This document shows, piece by piece, positions 8,583 through 19,076 of a DNA stretch of 64,000 nucleotides. The notes under the pieces were generated by a model. The model worked only from the letters and a program-made list of their open reading frames with translations, did no database searches and was not told the origin of the DNA. Each line of letters begins with the position of its first letter. Within the stretch, counting starts at the first letter, position 1. The stretch comes from Candidatus Komeilibacteria bacterium (GTDB lineage: Bacteria; Patescibacteriota; Patescibacteriia; UBA1558), in contig JBLYPX010000001.1 of assembly GCA_048538235.1 (NCBI GenBank), forward strand, positions 521,015 through 585,014, in the 5' to 3' direction. A program made the translations under genes and the position numbers.

Positions 8583-9665
8583 TTAGTCAATACTCTGTTG
8601 TTTAGCTGCTTTTTTAACCAGAAAAAAGGCTAAAATGACCATAAATAGCACTAATATACCCAAAGTGGTAAGTTTACCCATTGTTTGCTGTGAAATGGAA
8701 ATTAGGCCAAAAATACCCGTAATTACGTAAAGGAAAATAACCGCTTGTCTATGAGATAAGCCAATATCTAATAATCTATGGTGCAGATGCTTTTTATCTG
8801 CCTGAGCTATCCTACCATGGTTAAAAAATAGTCTCCGTATTATTACCCAAGCTACGTCTAAAATTGGCAATCCCATAACAAGTAAAGCAGTTGCTATTTT
8901 ACCACCAGATATTATTGCCAGTACTCCTAAAATGAATCCAATTAATACACTACCCCCTTCTCCCAGAAATATTTTAGCTGGGTGCCAGTTCCAAACAAGA
9001 AAACCAAGTAAAGCACCTGCAGATATTAATGCAAGTATTGAAGTGGCTGAATTTGCAACATCCCAGAATAAAGAAACAAAATATATTATTAAACTACCAA
9101 TAATACCAATACCAGAAGCCAAGCCATCTAAACCATCTAATAATTTAGTAACATACATCATTCCCATAAGCCAAGCAAAGGTAAATAGATCAGCAATAAC
9201 TGTAAAGTAATATGGTAAGCCATCATACCAGAATAATAATATTTTGTATTGATCAAAATGTATAAAGCCACCAAATGGATTGGTAATATACTTTATACCA
9301 ATACCAGCTATAATAACTATGATAGTAGCTAGTATTGGAAATATTATTTGGTAACGAGCTCTTAAATTATATTTATCATCTATTACTCCCCCAATCATTA
9401 TTACAATACTTGCTAAAATTATTCCTAATAAATGTTTAGCTTCTATTACCCCATCTAATAAATGATTCCAAAAGATTAAGATAGAAATGGTAAAAGATAA
9501 AAAAACAGCTACGCCTCCCATGAGTGGCATAACTTTATCGTGTACCTTACGTGGTGCTGGTATATCTGCAATATTAAATTTATTGGCAAAATACCGTACC
9601 GGATAAACAAGTACTAAAGCTAAACAAAAGCTAATAATTAATGGAATTAAATGAAATAATGACAT
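8583..9665 (-). CDS. MraY/WecA/TagO-family undecaprenyl-phosphate sugar-phosphate transferase
   Basis: RKVH..PLMGG, DDK, LDGLDGL, NWHPAKIFLG, HLHHRL. Confidence 0.92.
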   Translation of the reverse strand: MSLFHLIPLIISFCLALVLVYPVRYFANKFNIADIPAPRKVHDKVMPLMGGVAVFLSFTISILIFWNHLLDGVIEAKHLLGIILASIVIMIGGVIDDKYNLRARYQIIFPILATIIVIIAGIGIKYITNPFGGFIHFDQYKILLFWYDGLPYYFTVIADLFTFAWLMGMMYVTKLLDGLDGLASGIGIIGSLIIYFVSLFWDVANSATSILALISAGALLGFLVWNWHPAKIFLGEGGSVLIGFILGVLAIISGGKIATALLVMGLPILDVAWVIIRRLFFNHGRIAQADKKHLHHRLLDIGLSHRQAVIFLYVITGIFGLISISQQTMGKLTTLGILVLFMVILAFFLVKKAAKQQSID

Positions 9666-10033
9666 TAATGTCTATCTATATATGTTTGTAATATTTGCAT
9701 AGCAGCTACTGCATCGTCTTCTTTTATTCCCAAGCTCTGAGCTGCCTTACTAGACAATCTTTCATCTGCTGTAACAATCTTAATATTCTTCTCTTCTAAA
9801 GATTTAATAAACTTCTCTGTATGTTCTGTTTGGTCTGTTCTATTTTGTTTTAAGCTCATTGGTAAACCAATTACAACTAAATCTATATTTTCTGCATTAA
9901 TGACTTCTTCAACTAATTCTAATTGTTTATTTAAATCTGTTTCTTTAATAATTTTAAAAGGAATAGCCATTTTACCATCAGCAATCGCCAGTCCTATCTT
10001 TGACATACCATAATCTATTCCTAATATTCTCAT
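9665..10033 (-). CDS. ruvX: YqgF/RuvX pre-16S rRNA nuclease
   Basis: LGIDYG..KIGLA, VIGLP, DERLSS, DAVAA. Confidence 0.93.
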   Translation of the reverse strand: MRILGIDYGMSKIGLAIADGKMAIPFKIIKETDLNKQLELVEEVINAENIDLVVIGLPMSLKQNRTDQTEHTEKFIKSLEEKNIKIVTADERLSSKAAQSLGIKEDDAVAAMQILQTYIDRH

Positions 10034-10785
10034 AATTCTGTTATTATTATTGGTCCTTTTTTAGTAATAGCTACGGTATGCTCATAATGAGCAGATAAAC
10101 TATCATCTGCTGTTTTAATAGTCCAATTATCTTCTTTGTAATCAATGTTATAATCCCCCATAGTAATCATAGGTTCTAAAGCTAAAACCATACCTTCTTC
10201 TAACTTCTGACCACGGCCTTTTGACCCAAAATTAGGCACAGAAGGAGCTTCGTGAACAGCATGACCAACACCATGTCCAACTAAGTCTCTAACCACTCCA
10301 TAACCGTGTTTTTCTGCATAGCTTTGAATAGCATAACCAATATCTCCTAAAGTATTACCAACCTTACATTGTTTAATACCAAGCTCTAAAGATTTTCTTG
10401 TTACCTTCATTAACTTCTTTGTTTCTTTGGAAATATTACCAACAGCTACAGTAGTAGCCATATCTGTAAACAAACCATTTCTGTCCATACCAATATCTAA
10501 ACTAACAATATCTCCATCTTGTAATATTCTATCTCCAGGAATACCATGTACAATTTCTTCATTAACAGAAACACAAAGTCCGGCTGGAAAAGGAGTTGGT
10601 TCACCATAACCTTTAAAAGAGGGTTTACCACCAGCTGCTATTATTAATTCCTCTGCCTTAGCATTAAGCTCACCCGTTGTTATGCCAGGTCTTACCATTT
10701 CTTTAACGTGCTTTAAAACAGATGCTAATACTTTACCATCTTCTCGTAATTGTCTTATCTCTTCTTCTGTTTTTATTAAACTCAT
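10030..10785 (-). CDS. map: Methionine aminopeptidase type I
   Basis: SVNEEIVHGIP, GHGVG..HE, EPM, SAHYEHT. Confidence 0.97.
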   Translation of the reverse strand: MSLIKTEEEIRQLREDGKVLASVLKHVKEMVRPGITTGELNAKAEELIIAAGGKPSFKGYGEPTPFPAGLCVSVNEEIVHGIPGDRILQDGDIVSLDIGMDRNGLFTDMATTVAVGNISKETKKLMKVTRKSLELGIKQCKVGNTLGDIGYAIQSYAEKHGYGVVRDLVGHGVGHAVHEAPSVPNFGSKGRGQKLEEGMVLALEPMITMGDYNIDYKEDNWTIKTADDSLSAHYEHTVAITKKGPIIITEL

Positions 10786-11414
10786 AATTCTAATTTATTC
10801 TTAACTTCAACCCAGACCTCTTCAATTGAAGGCTCACCATTTATATTTATTAATATTCCTTTATTCTTATAATGTTCTAAAATTGGATTAATTAAACCAT
10901 GATAAGTTGCAATTCTTTCTTTAATAGCTTCTGGCTTTGCATCTGATCTTGTATATAGTTCTCCATTACATTTATCGCAAACATTCTCAACCTTAGGTGG
11001 CTTAAATAATATATTAAAATTAGCACCACATTCCTTACACATTCTTCTAGCAGCCATTCTTTCAGTTATAACCTCATCGCTACTATCTATATTTAAAACT
11101 AATGTTATGTCTGCTAAAGATTCTAAATACTCTACTTGAGGCATTGTTCTTGGGTAACCATCTAAAATGTATCCGTTAGCAACATCTGCTTCATTTAACC
11201 TTTCCTTAACAATCTCATTTGTTAATTCATCGTCTATTAATATACCAGCATCCATTCTTTCTTTAACCTGTTTACCTAAATCTGATCCAGACCTTATTGC
11301 TGATCTAAATATCTTACCAGTTGAAATGGCTGGGATATTTAACTCTTGCGCAAGTAGCTTAGCTTGAGTACCCTTTCCTGATCCAGGGGGTCCTAACATT
11401 ACAATTTTATGCAT
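10782..11414 (-). CDS. adk: Adenylate kinase (zinc-LID type)
   Basis: GPPGSGKGTQ, LDGYPR, CxxC...CxxC LID. Confidence 0.97.
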   Translation of the reverse strand: MHKIVMLGPPGSGKGTQAKLLAQELNIPAISTGKIFRSAIRSGSDLGKQVKERMDAGILIDDELTNEIVKERLNEADVANGYILDGYPRTMPQVEYLESLADITLVLNIDSSDEVITERMAARRMCKECGANFNILFKPPKVENVCDKCNGELYTRSDAKPEAIKERIATYHGLINPILEHYKNKGILININGEPSIEEVWVEVKNKLEL

Positions 11415-11521
11415 AATTTATTTATTTAAATTAATAATATCATTGTTATTTTACCTTATTTTAGTATAAAAAACAAAAATGACCCTAGAGGTCATTTAAC
11501 AAAACAAGCTATCCAGATCTA

Positions 11522-12799
11522 TTATAATCCGTCGTAATCACGCATAACAAGTTGTGAATCAATTTGCTTCATAGATTCAATCACAACAGATACTACGATA
11601 AGTAAACTAGTACCACCAATTACCATTGTGCTAACACCAGTTATTGGTTGAATAATAATTGGTAAAATAGCTACAGCACCTAAGAATAAAGCACCAGCTA
11701 AGATAATACGATTAACTGTATTCTTAATATATTCTTCTGTATGACGACCAGGTCTAATACCAGGAATAAAACCACCTTGCTTCTGTAAATTCTCAGCAAG
11801 TTGTTGTGGATGGAAAACAATAAATGTATAGAAGTAAGTAAAGGCTACAACTAGTATAAAATAGAAGATTCCATAAAATACTTGGTTTTGAAACAAGTTA
11901 ATAATAAACTGAGCGCCATTAGCCAACCATGCAGATTGAGCTCTAACAAAGAACTGAGCAATCATTGGTGGAAAAAGTACAATTGAAATAGCGAAAATAA
12001 TTGGAATAACACCAGCCATATTTACACGTAATGGTAAATGTGTTGAAACGCCACCATAAGCTCTATGGCCACGAATTCTTCTTGCATAGTTAACTGGTAC
12101 ATTTCTCTGACCTTCTGTAATAACTACAATAACAAATATTGTAATTAAAGCTATAACAATAAATAATACTAAGTTAAATATTTGAGCTGGATCAAAAACA
12201 GCAATTGTCTTAGATAATGCAGATGGTAAACCAGATACAATACCTGCAAAGATTAGCAATGAAATACCATTACCAACATGCTTGTCTGACATAAGTTCTC
12301 CTAACCACATTAGGAATACTGTACCAGCTGTAATTGTTAAAATAGCTGTACCAAATTCAAATGAACTCATGCTACCTAAAATATCTAAACCTGACTGTCT
12401 TTGTAAAATATTAATAAAACCATAAGCCTGCAAAGCAGCTAATGGCAATGTTAACCATCTTGTCCATTGATTAATCTTATTTCTACCTGCTTCACCTTCT
12501 TTAGAAAGTCTTTCAAGTGCTGGAACTATCATAGTCATTAATTGCAATATAATTGATGCAGTAATGTATGGAGCAATGCCAAGCATAACAATGGAAATAT
12601 TTTCCATACCACCACCTGAGAATAAGTTTAATAATCCTAATATCTGATTAGATGCAAAAAAATCTTTTAAACCAGATACATCAATACCAGGAATTGGGAT
12701 ATGAGCAGCTATTCTAAAGACAACTAGCATAGCAAAAACGAACATTAGATCTTTTCTAATATCTTTTGCTTTCCAAATTTGTCTAAGCTTCTCCCACAT
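11522..12799 (-). CDS. secY: Preprotein translocase SecY
   Basis: LGIAPYITASII, GNGISL, FIPGIRPG, GGTSLLIVV. Confidence 0.98.
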   Translation of the reverse strand: MWEKLRQIWKAKDIRKDLMFVFAMLVVFRIAAHIPIPGIDVSGLKDFFASNQILGLLNLFSGGGMENISIVMLGIAPYITASIILQLMTMIVPALERLSKEGEAGRNKINQWTRWLTLPLAALQAYGFINILQRQSGLDILGSMSSFEFGTAILTITAGTVFLMWLGELMSDKHVGNGISLLIFAGIVSGLPSALSKTIAVFDPAQIFNLVLFIVIALITIFVIVVITEGQRNVPVNYARRIRGHRAYGGVSTHLPLRVNMAGVIPIIFAISIVLFPPMIAQFFVRAQSAWLANGAQFIINLFQNQVFYGIFYFILVVAFTYFYTFIVFHPQQLAENLQKQGGFIPGIRPGRHTEEYIKNTVNRIILAGALFLGAVAILPIIIQPITGVSTMVIGGTSLLIVVSVVIESMKQIDSQLVMRDYDGL

Positions 12800-12805
12800 A
12801 ATGGA

Positions 12806-13363
12806 TTATTTAGATTTTTCTTCTTTAGGCTCTGCTTTTGCCTTAGGCTCAGCCTTTTCCTTTGGTTCTTCTTTTACAACAGTTTCTTTCTTAACAGGCT
12901 TTGCTTTTGCTTTTGGCTCAATAATTTCACCACCAGCTTTAATAATAGCTTCTTTTGCCTTAACTGACAAACTATCTATTTTAATTACTAATTTCTTTGT
13001 TAAATCACCAGTACCTAATATCTTTACATTTTTAACACCCTTTGGAATCAAATCCTTCTTAACTAAACTCTTTAAAGATACAACTTCACCTGATTCAAAA
13101 TACTTATCTAATACAGATAAATTAACAGGTATATTATTTGGTCTTTCACTCTTAAATCCTTTACTCTTTGGAATTCTAAGCATATATGACTTAAGACTAC
13201 GCGCCTTTAACCCACTGGCACCTGATCTAGACTTTTGACCTTTCATTCCTTTACCAGAATAATTACCATGTCCGGATGAGTTTCCACGACCACGTCTAAC
13301 TTTACGCTTTCTAGCTTTTGGATTCTTTGGTAAATTATGTAAACCTAATAATTCTTGTGACAT
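12806..13363 (-). CDS. rplO: 50S ribosomal protein L15 with C-terminal extension
   Basis: RGRG..SG.G..SGKGMKGQKSR, VKILG.G. Confidence 0.95.
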   Translation of the reverse strand: MSQELLGLHNLPKNPKARKRKVRRGRGNSSGHGNYSGKGMKGQKSRSGASGLKARSLKSYMLRIPKSKGFKSERPNNIPVNLSVLDKYFESGEVVSLKSLVKKDLIPKGVKNVKILGTGDLTKKLVIKIDSLSVKAKEAIIKAGGEIIEPKAKAKPVKKETVVKEEPKEKAEPKAKAEPKEEKSK

Positions 13364-13367
13364 ATAT

Positions 13368-13964
13368 TTATTTCTTAGCAGCTACTTTTTTAGGAGCTGG
13401 CTTGCTCTTCTGAGCAACTGGTTTAGCTTGTGGCTTAGCTTTAGGCTTAGCTGGTTCTTTAGCTTGTGGCTTTTCCTTTGGAGCTCTTTTTTTAAGATCA
13501 GCTAAAGCTTCAAATACTGACTTAACAATATTCACTTTATTATTTGAACCTAAAATCTTAGCTGAAACATTCTTAATACCAGATAATTCGAGCACAGCTC
13601 TAACAGCGCCACCAGCAATAATACCAGTACCATCTGGAGCTGGTCTAAATATTACATGAGCAGCTTTATATTTCTTATTTACTTGATGAGCAATAGTGCC
13701 ATCAACAATATCTAATTTTAATAATCTATTCTTTGCTTGTGAAACAGCTTTATTTACAGCAATAGCTACGTCAGCACCTTTTGCTAAACCATAACCAATT
13801 TGACCTTTGTGATCACCTATAACAACACAAGCTCTAAATCTCATACGTTTACCACCGGCCATAACACGAGTAACCCTTCTTAAATCTACAATGCGTTGTT
13901 CAAACTCATCACGTTCTCTTTCCTTGTATGGTTTTTTCTTAAAATTTTTCTTATTATCTGTCAT
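13368..13964 (-). CDS. rpsE: 30S ribosomal protein S5
   Basis: RVTRVMAGGKR, GTGIIAGGAVRAVLE. Confidence 0.97.
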   Translation of the reverse strand: MTDNKKNFKKKPYKERERDEFEQRIVDLRRVTRVMAGGKRMRFRACVVIGDHKGQIGYGLAKGADVAIAVNKAVSQAKNRLLKLDIVDGTIAHQVNKKYKAAHVIFRPAPDGTGIIAGGAVRAVLELSGIKNVSAKILGSNNKVNIVKSVFEALADLKKRAPKEKPQAKEPAKPKAKPQAKPVAQKSKPAPKKVAAKK

Positions 13965-13975
13965 AATTTTTTATA

Positions 13976-14332
13976 TTAAAATTCTAAACCATTAGCACGT
14001 AATGATTCAGCCAACGCCTTAACACGTCCGTGATACTTATATGCACCTCTATCAAAAACAATAGCTTTAATCTTTTTATCTTGCAATGCTTTTGCTAATA
14101 GTTTACCAAATTCTTCTGCTCTTTTAGTCTTATCTCCCTTTAAATTTAGTTTAGCTTCATGAAGACCAACAATTGTTTGTTGTTTATCATCATTAATAGC
14201 TTGAGCTGACATAAATCTTAGACTACGTTTAATAGCAACTCTTGGACGCTCTGCAGTACCGTGTAATTTAGAACGAGTTCTAGTTTGTCTGCGAAGCTTT
14301 GTATTATATTTTTCTTTATTTAAATCTTTCAT
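13976..14332 (-). CDS. rplR: 50S ribosomal protein L18
   Basis: GTAERPR, VFDRGAYKYHGRVKALA. Confidence 0.97.
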   Translation of the reverse strand: MKDLNKEKYNTKLRRQTRTRSKLHGTAERPRVAIKRSLRFMSAQAINDDKQQTIVGLHEAKLNLKGDKTKRAEEFGKLLAKALQDKKIKAIVFDRGAYKYHGRVKALAESLRANGLEF

Positions 14333-14333
14333 A

Positions 14334-14882
14334 TTATTTTTCTGCTCCCTTGGCTACTTTACCAGCCTTACGTCTGATAACCTCATCAATATATTTAATA
14401 CCCTTACCTTTGTATGGTTCAGGTTTCTTAATAGCTCTAATTTCAGAAGCAATTTGACCAACTCTTTGTTTGTCTATTCCTTCTACTGTAATAACATTCT
14501 TTTCTGTTGTAACTGTAATATCTTCTGGAACACTATATTCTACTTGGTGTGAATAACCTACATTTAAAACAAGTACTTTACCTTTAGACTCTGCTTTAAA
14601 GCCAACACCATTAATTTCTAATTGTTTCTTGTAACCTTCTGTGACACCAGTTATTAAATTATCTAAAATACTTCTAGTTGTGCCCCATAAAGAACGAACT
14701 TCTTTTTTACTATCTTCTGGAATAGATACGTTAATTTCTTTATCATTTACAACAACTTCAACAGCTGCTGCTTTTTCCATCTTAAGCTCGCCTTTTGGTC
14801 CCTTAACAGTAATATTATTACCGTCAATCTTAACTTCTACTTTATCTGGGATTATTATTGGTTGTTTTCCTATTCTTGACAT
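14334..14882 (-). CDS. rplF: 50S ribosomal protein L6
   Basis: MSRIGKQPI, PEPYKGKGI; start moved to 14882. Confidence 0.97.
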   Translation of the reverse strand: MSRIGKQPIIIPDKVEVKIDGNNITVKGPKGELKMEKAAAVEVVVNDKEINVSIPEDSKKEVRSLWGTTRSILDNLITGVTEGYKKQLEINGVGFKAESKGKVLVLNVGYSHQVEYSVPEDITVTTEKNVITVEGIDKQRVGQIASEIRAIKKPEPYKGKGIKYIDEVIRRKAGKVAKGAEK

Positions 14883-14883
14883 A

Positions 14884-15279
14884 TTACCAAATTTCACAAA
14901 TTAATTCGCCGCCAATCTTAGCACGACGTGCTTCGTTATCTGTCTTTAGACCTTTAGATGTTGAAATAACAGCCATACCAAGTCCGTTTAGGATATATGG
15001 AATACTATTACCTTTAACATATATTCTTCTACTAGGCTTTGACATTCTACGAATATGCTTAAAAGCTGGTTGACCTTGAACATAACCCAATGTTGCAATC
15101 AGGACTTTAAAACCATTTTGTTCCTCAACTCTAACATCTTTAATATAGTTTTCTTTTACAAAAACTTTTAAAATACCATATTTAAGCTTAGACCAAGGAA
15201 TTAACACTTCATCTTTCTTTACTGCCTGAGCGTTTCTTAAACGGGCAAGCATGTCTGCAATTGGATCTGTTACTGTCAT
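14884..15279 (-). CDS. rpsH: 30S ribosomal protein S8
   Basis: DPIADMLARLRNA, STSKG, GGELIC. Confidence 0.97.
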   Translation of the reverse strand: MTVTDPIADMLARLRNAQAVKKDEVLIPWSKLKYGILKVFVKENYIKDVRVEEQNGFKVLIATLGYVQGQPAFKHIRRMSKPSRRIYVKGNSIPYILNGLGMAVISTSKGLKTDNEARRAKIGGELICEIW

Positions 15280-15304
15280 AATTTAATTAATATTATATTA
15301 CTTA

Positions 15305-15490
15305 TTACCAACTAGATTTCTTAACACCAGGAATTTCACCCTGAGATGCTAATTCTCTAAAACAAATACGGCAAAGTTTAAAATCTCTAATATATCCTCG
15401 GCGACGACCACAACGCCAACAACGTCTAGTAATTCTAGTTGAGTATTTTGGCTCTTTGTTTGCCTTTGCTATTTCTGACTTTATTGCCAT
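15305..15490 (-). CDS. rpsZ: 30S ribosomal protein S14, zinc-binding type Z
   Basis: 61 aa, RCWRCGR...LCRICFR. Confidence 0.96.
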   Translation of the reverse strand: MAIKSEIAKANKEPKYSTRITRRCWRCGRRRGYIRDFKLCRICFRELASQGEIPGVKKSSW

Positions 15491-15501
15491 ATTAGTATCT
15501 A

Positions 15502-16059
15502 TTAATTCTTATCTTCTAATTTCTTAAATGGGAAGCCTAATAATCTGAATAGCTCAAAACCTTCTTCCCTTGTTTTAGCTGTAGTTGTAACTGAAACTTC
15601 TAAACCGTGTAATTTTTCTACTTCATCAAAAGAAATTTCAGGAAATACTACGTGCTCTTTAAAACCTAATGTCATATTACCATGATCATCTATATTCTTC
15701 TTTGGGTCTAGACCATGAAAATCTCTTACACGTGGGAAAGCAATATGTACAAGCTTATTTAAAAAGTCATACATTCTATCTCCGCGTAATGTTACCTTAT
15801 ACCCTACGATCATACCTTCTCTAATCTTAAAAGCTGCAATTGATTTACGAGCTTTAATTGGAGATGGTTTTTGACCAGTAATTCTATTTAAAGTATTTAT
15901 AACTAATTCATTAAAACTGGCATCTGTTAAACCTTTACCAACACCAACATTAATAGTAACCTTTTTCATCTTTGGTGCGGCCATTTTATTCTTATACCCA
16001 AACTTTTCCATTAATTGGGCTAGAACTTCTTTATTATATTTTTCTTTTAATAAATCCAT
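15502..16059 (-). CDS. rplE: 50S ribosomal protein L5
   Basis: ITGQKP, KVTLRG, PRVRDF. Confidence 0.97.
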   Translation of the reverse strand: MDLLKEKYNKEVLAQLMEKFGYKNKMAAPKMKKVTINVGVGKGLTDASFNELVINTLNRITGQKPSPIKARKSIAAFKIREGMIVGYKVTLRGDRMYDFLNKLVHIAFPRVRDFHGLDPKKNIDDHGNMTLGFKEHVVFPEISFDEVEKLHGLEVSVTTTAKTREEGFELFRLLGFPFKKLEDKN

Positions 16060-16063
16060 ATAT

Positions 16064-16375
16064 TTACTTTATTTCTTCACCTGTCTTACGTGAAATTCTT
16101 ATTTTTTTCTTATCTGCTAAGATTTTAACTCCCATTCTAGTTCTCTTGCTTGTTCTTGGGTCAACTAGCATTACATTAGAAGCATTCATAGCTGCAGCAA
16201 ATTCAATTCTTTGTCCTTTTTCACCTTCACGTCTTGCTCTAGCATGCTTTATTCTTAAATTTAAACCTTCAACAATAACTCTATTTTTAACTGCATCAAC
16301 TTTAATAATCTTACCGCGTTTACCACGATCTTTTCCTGCAATTATTTCTACATTGTCGCCTTTTTTAAATCTCAT
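16064..16375 (-). CDS. rplX: 50S ribosomal protein L24
   Basis: KKGD.V.IIAGKDRGKRG (KOW motif). Confidence 0.97.
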   Translation of the reverse strand: MRFKKGDNVEIIAGKDRGKRGKIIKVDAVKNRVIVEGLNLRIKHARARREGEKGQRIEFAAAMNASNVMLVDPRTSKRTRMGVKILADKKKIRISRKTGEEIK

Positions 16376-16379
16376 ATAT

Positions 16380-16751
16380 TTATAATACTTCTGGTGCTAA
16401 TGACACAATTTTATTAAAACCTTTATTCTTCAACTCTCTACCAATTGGTCCAAATACACGAGTACCTTTTGGTTCTTTGTTCTTTGGATCAATGATAACA
16501 GCTGCATTTTCATCAAAACGAATATATGTACCGTCTTTTCTACCAACTTCTTTTCTTTGTCTAACAATAACAGCTACTACAACGTCTCCTTTTTTTACCA
16601 TTGAATGAGGTTGAGCAACCTTTACAGAAGCAGTAACTAAATCTCCTAAACGTGCATAACGTCTTTTGTAACCATCATGAACTCTGATGACTTTAATCAT
16701 CTTTGCTCCTGTGTTATCTGCTATTTTTAATCTTGATTCTGACTGTATCAT
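16380..16751 (-). CDS. rplN: 50S ribosomal protein L14
   Basis: [23 protein letters not shown]. Confidence 0.98.
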   Translation of the reverse strand: MIQSESRLKIADNTGAKMIKVIRVHDGYKRRYARLGDLVTASVKVAQPHSMVKKGDVVVAVIVRQRKEVGRKDGTYIRFDENAAVIIDPKNKEPKGTRVFGPIGRELKNKGFNKIVSLAPEVL

Positions 16752-16752
16752 A

Positions 16753-17004
16753 TTATTTTACTTTTGAAACAATTCTCCATCGTTTTGTCTTAGACATTGG
16801 TCTACATTCCTCAAAGATAACCACATCACCTTCTTTAAACTTATTATCTTGATTATGACAATTAAAACGACGTGTTGATTTATATGCTTTCTTATATTTA
16901 CTATGCACCTTTTTGCTAACAATACTAACAACGGCTGTGTCATTCATCTTGTTAGATACAACTGTGCCTTGAAATTTTCTTGAATTTTTCTTTTCTTCTG
17001 TCAT
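16753..17004 (-). CDS. rpsQ: 30S ribosomal protein S17
   Basis: [19 protein letters not shown]. Confidence 0.96.
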   Translation of the reverse strand: MTEEKKNSRKFQGTVVSNKMNDTAVVSIVSKKVHSKYKKAYKSTRRFNCHNQDNKFKEGDVVIFEECRPMSKTKRWRIVSKVK

Positions 17005-17005
17005 A

Positions 17006-17188
17006 TTATTTTCTTAACTCATTTAAAACTGTAATAATTTGAGCAATTTCTTTTCTTGTCTTTCTAATATCTCTAATATTCTTTAACTGTTTATTGCTAA
17101 CAGAAAATCTCATGTCTCTAACCTGCTCACGCTTGGTAGCTAACATTTTCTGTAATTCCTTTATATCTTTTTTTCTCAAATCTTTCAT
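17006..17188 (-). CDS. rpmC: 50S ribosomal protein L29
   Basis: IRKTRKEIAQIIT; position between L16 and S17. Confidence 0.93.
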   Translation of the reverse strand: MKDLRKKDIKELQKMLATKREQVRDMRFSVSNKQLKNIRDIRKTRKEIAQIITVLNELRK

Positions 17189-17190
17189 AA

Positions 17191-17598
17191 TTATGCTTTA
17201 ACAAATTTGGTCTTAATTGGTAGCTTGTATGCAGCTAGCTTCATAGCTTTAGCAGCATCTTCTTCTGGAACACCGCCGATTTCAAAAATAACAGTACCCG
17301 GCTTTACAATAGCAACATAATGATCAACTGGACCTTTACCACTTCCCATAGGCATTTCACTACCTTTTTTTGTAATTGGCTTATCTGGGAAAATACGTAT
17401 CCAAACCTTACCATCACGTTGTAAAGATCTAGTAATAACACGTCTAGCTGATTCAATCTGTCTTGCAGACACCCAAGCTCTACCTAATGATTTCATACCA
17501 AAATCTCCGAATGCTACAGTATTAATACGAGTAGCACGGCCTTTAATCTGGTCGGTACGATGCCATTTTCTATGTTTTACTTTCTTAGGGGCTAACAT
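17191..17598 (-). CDS. rplP: 50S ribosomal protein L16
   Basis: RQIESARR, WIRIFPDKP, MGSGKG, KLP. Confidence 0.97.
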   Translation of the reverse strand: MLAPKKVKHRKWHRTDQIKGRATRINTVAFGDFGMKSLGRAWVSARQIESARRVITRSLQRDGKVWIRIFPDKPITKKGSEMPMGSGKGPVDHYVAIVKPGTVIFEIGGVPEEDAAKAMKLAAYKLPIKTKFVKA

Positions 17599-18257
17599 TA
17601 TTTTGTACTATTATTATCTTTATTAAATACTTCACCTTTATATATCCATACTTTAATACCAATCTTACCATAAGTAGTACTAGCGTGACCGCGACAATAA
17701 TCTATATCTGCACGTAAAGTATGTAAAGGTATTTTTCCTTCTGACAAAACTTCAGTACGAGCAATTTCTGCTCCATTCAATCTACCGCCAGCTGAAACTT
17801 TAACACCTTTAGCACCAGCTCTCATAACCCTGCCGATAGCTTGCTTCATAACTCTTCTAAAAGGCATTCTCTTTTCAATATCTGCAATAATTGATTGCAT
17901 AACAACTGCTGATGAAAGGTTTGAATCTGCAACTTCTTTTACATTAACCTTTACAGTACCTTGGTTTTTAAATATATCCTTGCGAATAGCTTTCTTTAAA
18001 TCTTCAATACCACTACCACCTCTACCAATTATAATACCAGGTTTACCAGCAATAATATCTATAGTAACTGCATTATCATCTCTTCTAATTTCAACAGTGT
18101 CCAGTCCTGCATCTCTCATCTTAGTAGAAATATATTTTCTAATTTTAATATCCTGTTCTAAAAATTTTGCAAAATCCCCACGCTTAGCAAACCATTTTGA
18201 TGGCCACTTTTGAGTAATACCTAATCTTAGTCCTTTTGGATTTACTTTTTGTCCCAT
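17598..18257 (-). CDS. rpsC: 30S ribosomal protein S3
   Basis: MGQKVNPKGLRLG, GRLNGAEIAR, PLHTLRADIDY. Confidence 0.98.
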   Translation of the reverse strand: MGQKVNPKGLRLGITQKWPSKWFAKRGDFAKFLEQDIKIRKYISTKMRDAGLDTVEIRRDDNAVTIDIIAGKPGIIIGRGGSGIEDLKKAIRKDIFKNQGTVKVNVKEVADSNLSSAVVMQSIIADIEKRMPFRRVMKQAIGRVMRAGAKGVKVSAGGRLNGAEIARTEVLSEGKIPLHTLRADIDYCRGHASTTYGKIGIKVWIYKGEVFNKDNNSTK

Positions 18258-18258
18258 A

Positions 18259-18771
18259 TTATCTTTCTCCTGCTTTACGTTGGAAATTAAATGATTTCTT
18301 ACCAGACTTAGCTTTTTCTACAGCTTTTGTAGTTTTAGCCATGTCTTTTACTTTCTTTGTGTCGCCTTTAACATCTAAATCTTCAGCTTTAACAATTTCT
18401 GACTTATCTGCTTTTTTAGAAGCTTTTGCTTTTTTATCCTCTTCACCTTCTAAAACTAATTTAATATGTGTCATTGGCTTTCTTAAAACATCTGCTCTAC
18501 CATGTGCACGTGGAAACATTCTCTTCAAAACCGGACCACCATCTGCCATAACTGACTTTACAATTAAAGTATCTTCTTTTATTGAAAAATTGTTAACAGC
18601 ATTAGCAATAGCAGATTGTAAAACCTTTAAAACAAACTTAGCTGGCTTTTGATTTGCCAATCTTAAGATGTCTACAGCTTCAACTGCTTTCTTTCCACGT
18701 ATATTATCTATAACCAACCTTGTTTTAGTTGGAGATAATCTCAAATGTTTTACTGATGCTTTAACTTCCAT
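18259..18771 (-). CDS. rplV: 50S ribosomal protein L22 with C-terminal extension
   Basis: SPTKTRLV, SAIANA, PRAHGRA. Confidence 0.96.
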   Translation of the reverse strand: MEVKASVKHLRLSPTKTRLVIDNIRGKKAVEAVDILRLANQKPAKFVLKVLQSAIANAVNNFSIKEDTLIVKSVMADGGPVLKRMFPRAHGRADVLRKPMTHIKLVLEGEEDKKAKASKKADKSEIVKAEDLDVKGDTKKVKDMAKTTKAVEKAKSGKKSFNFQRKAGER

Positions 18772-18782
18772 ATTATTTATAA

Positions 18783-19064
18783 TTAACCTTTAGCTTGCTC
18801 TTTAGCCATCTTACCACCGTGAGATACAAACTTTCTTGTTGGAGCAAACTCACCTAATTTATGTCCGACCATATTTTCTACTACAAATACTGGCATATGA
18901 TTTCTGCCATTGTGTACATGAATAGTATAACCAACCATTTCTGGAGTAATAGAACTATTTCTAGCCCATGTCTTTATTTCATTTTTATCTCCAGGCTTAA
19001 CCTTGCTCAATTTCTTGAGTAGTTTAGCATCTACATATGGTCCTTTTTTTAGTGATCTTGACAT
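18783..19064 (-). CDS. rpsS: 30S ribosomal protein S19
   Basis: [22 protein letters not shown]. Confidence 0.98.
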   Translation of the reverse strand: MSRSLKKGPYVDAKLLKKLSKVKPGDKNEIKTWARNSSITPEMVGYTIHVHNGRNHMPVFVVENMVGHKLGEFAPTRKFVSHGGKMAKEQAKG

Positions 19065-19076
19065 AAATATTATTTA

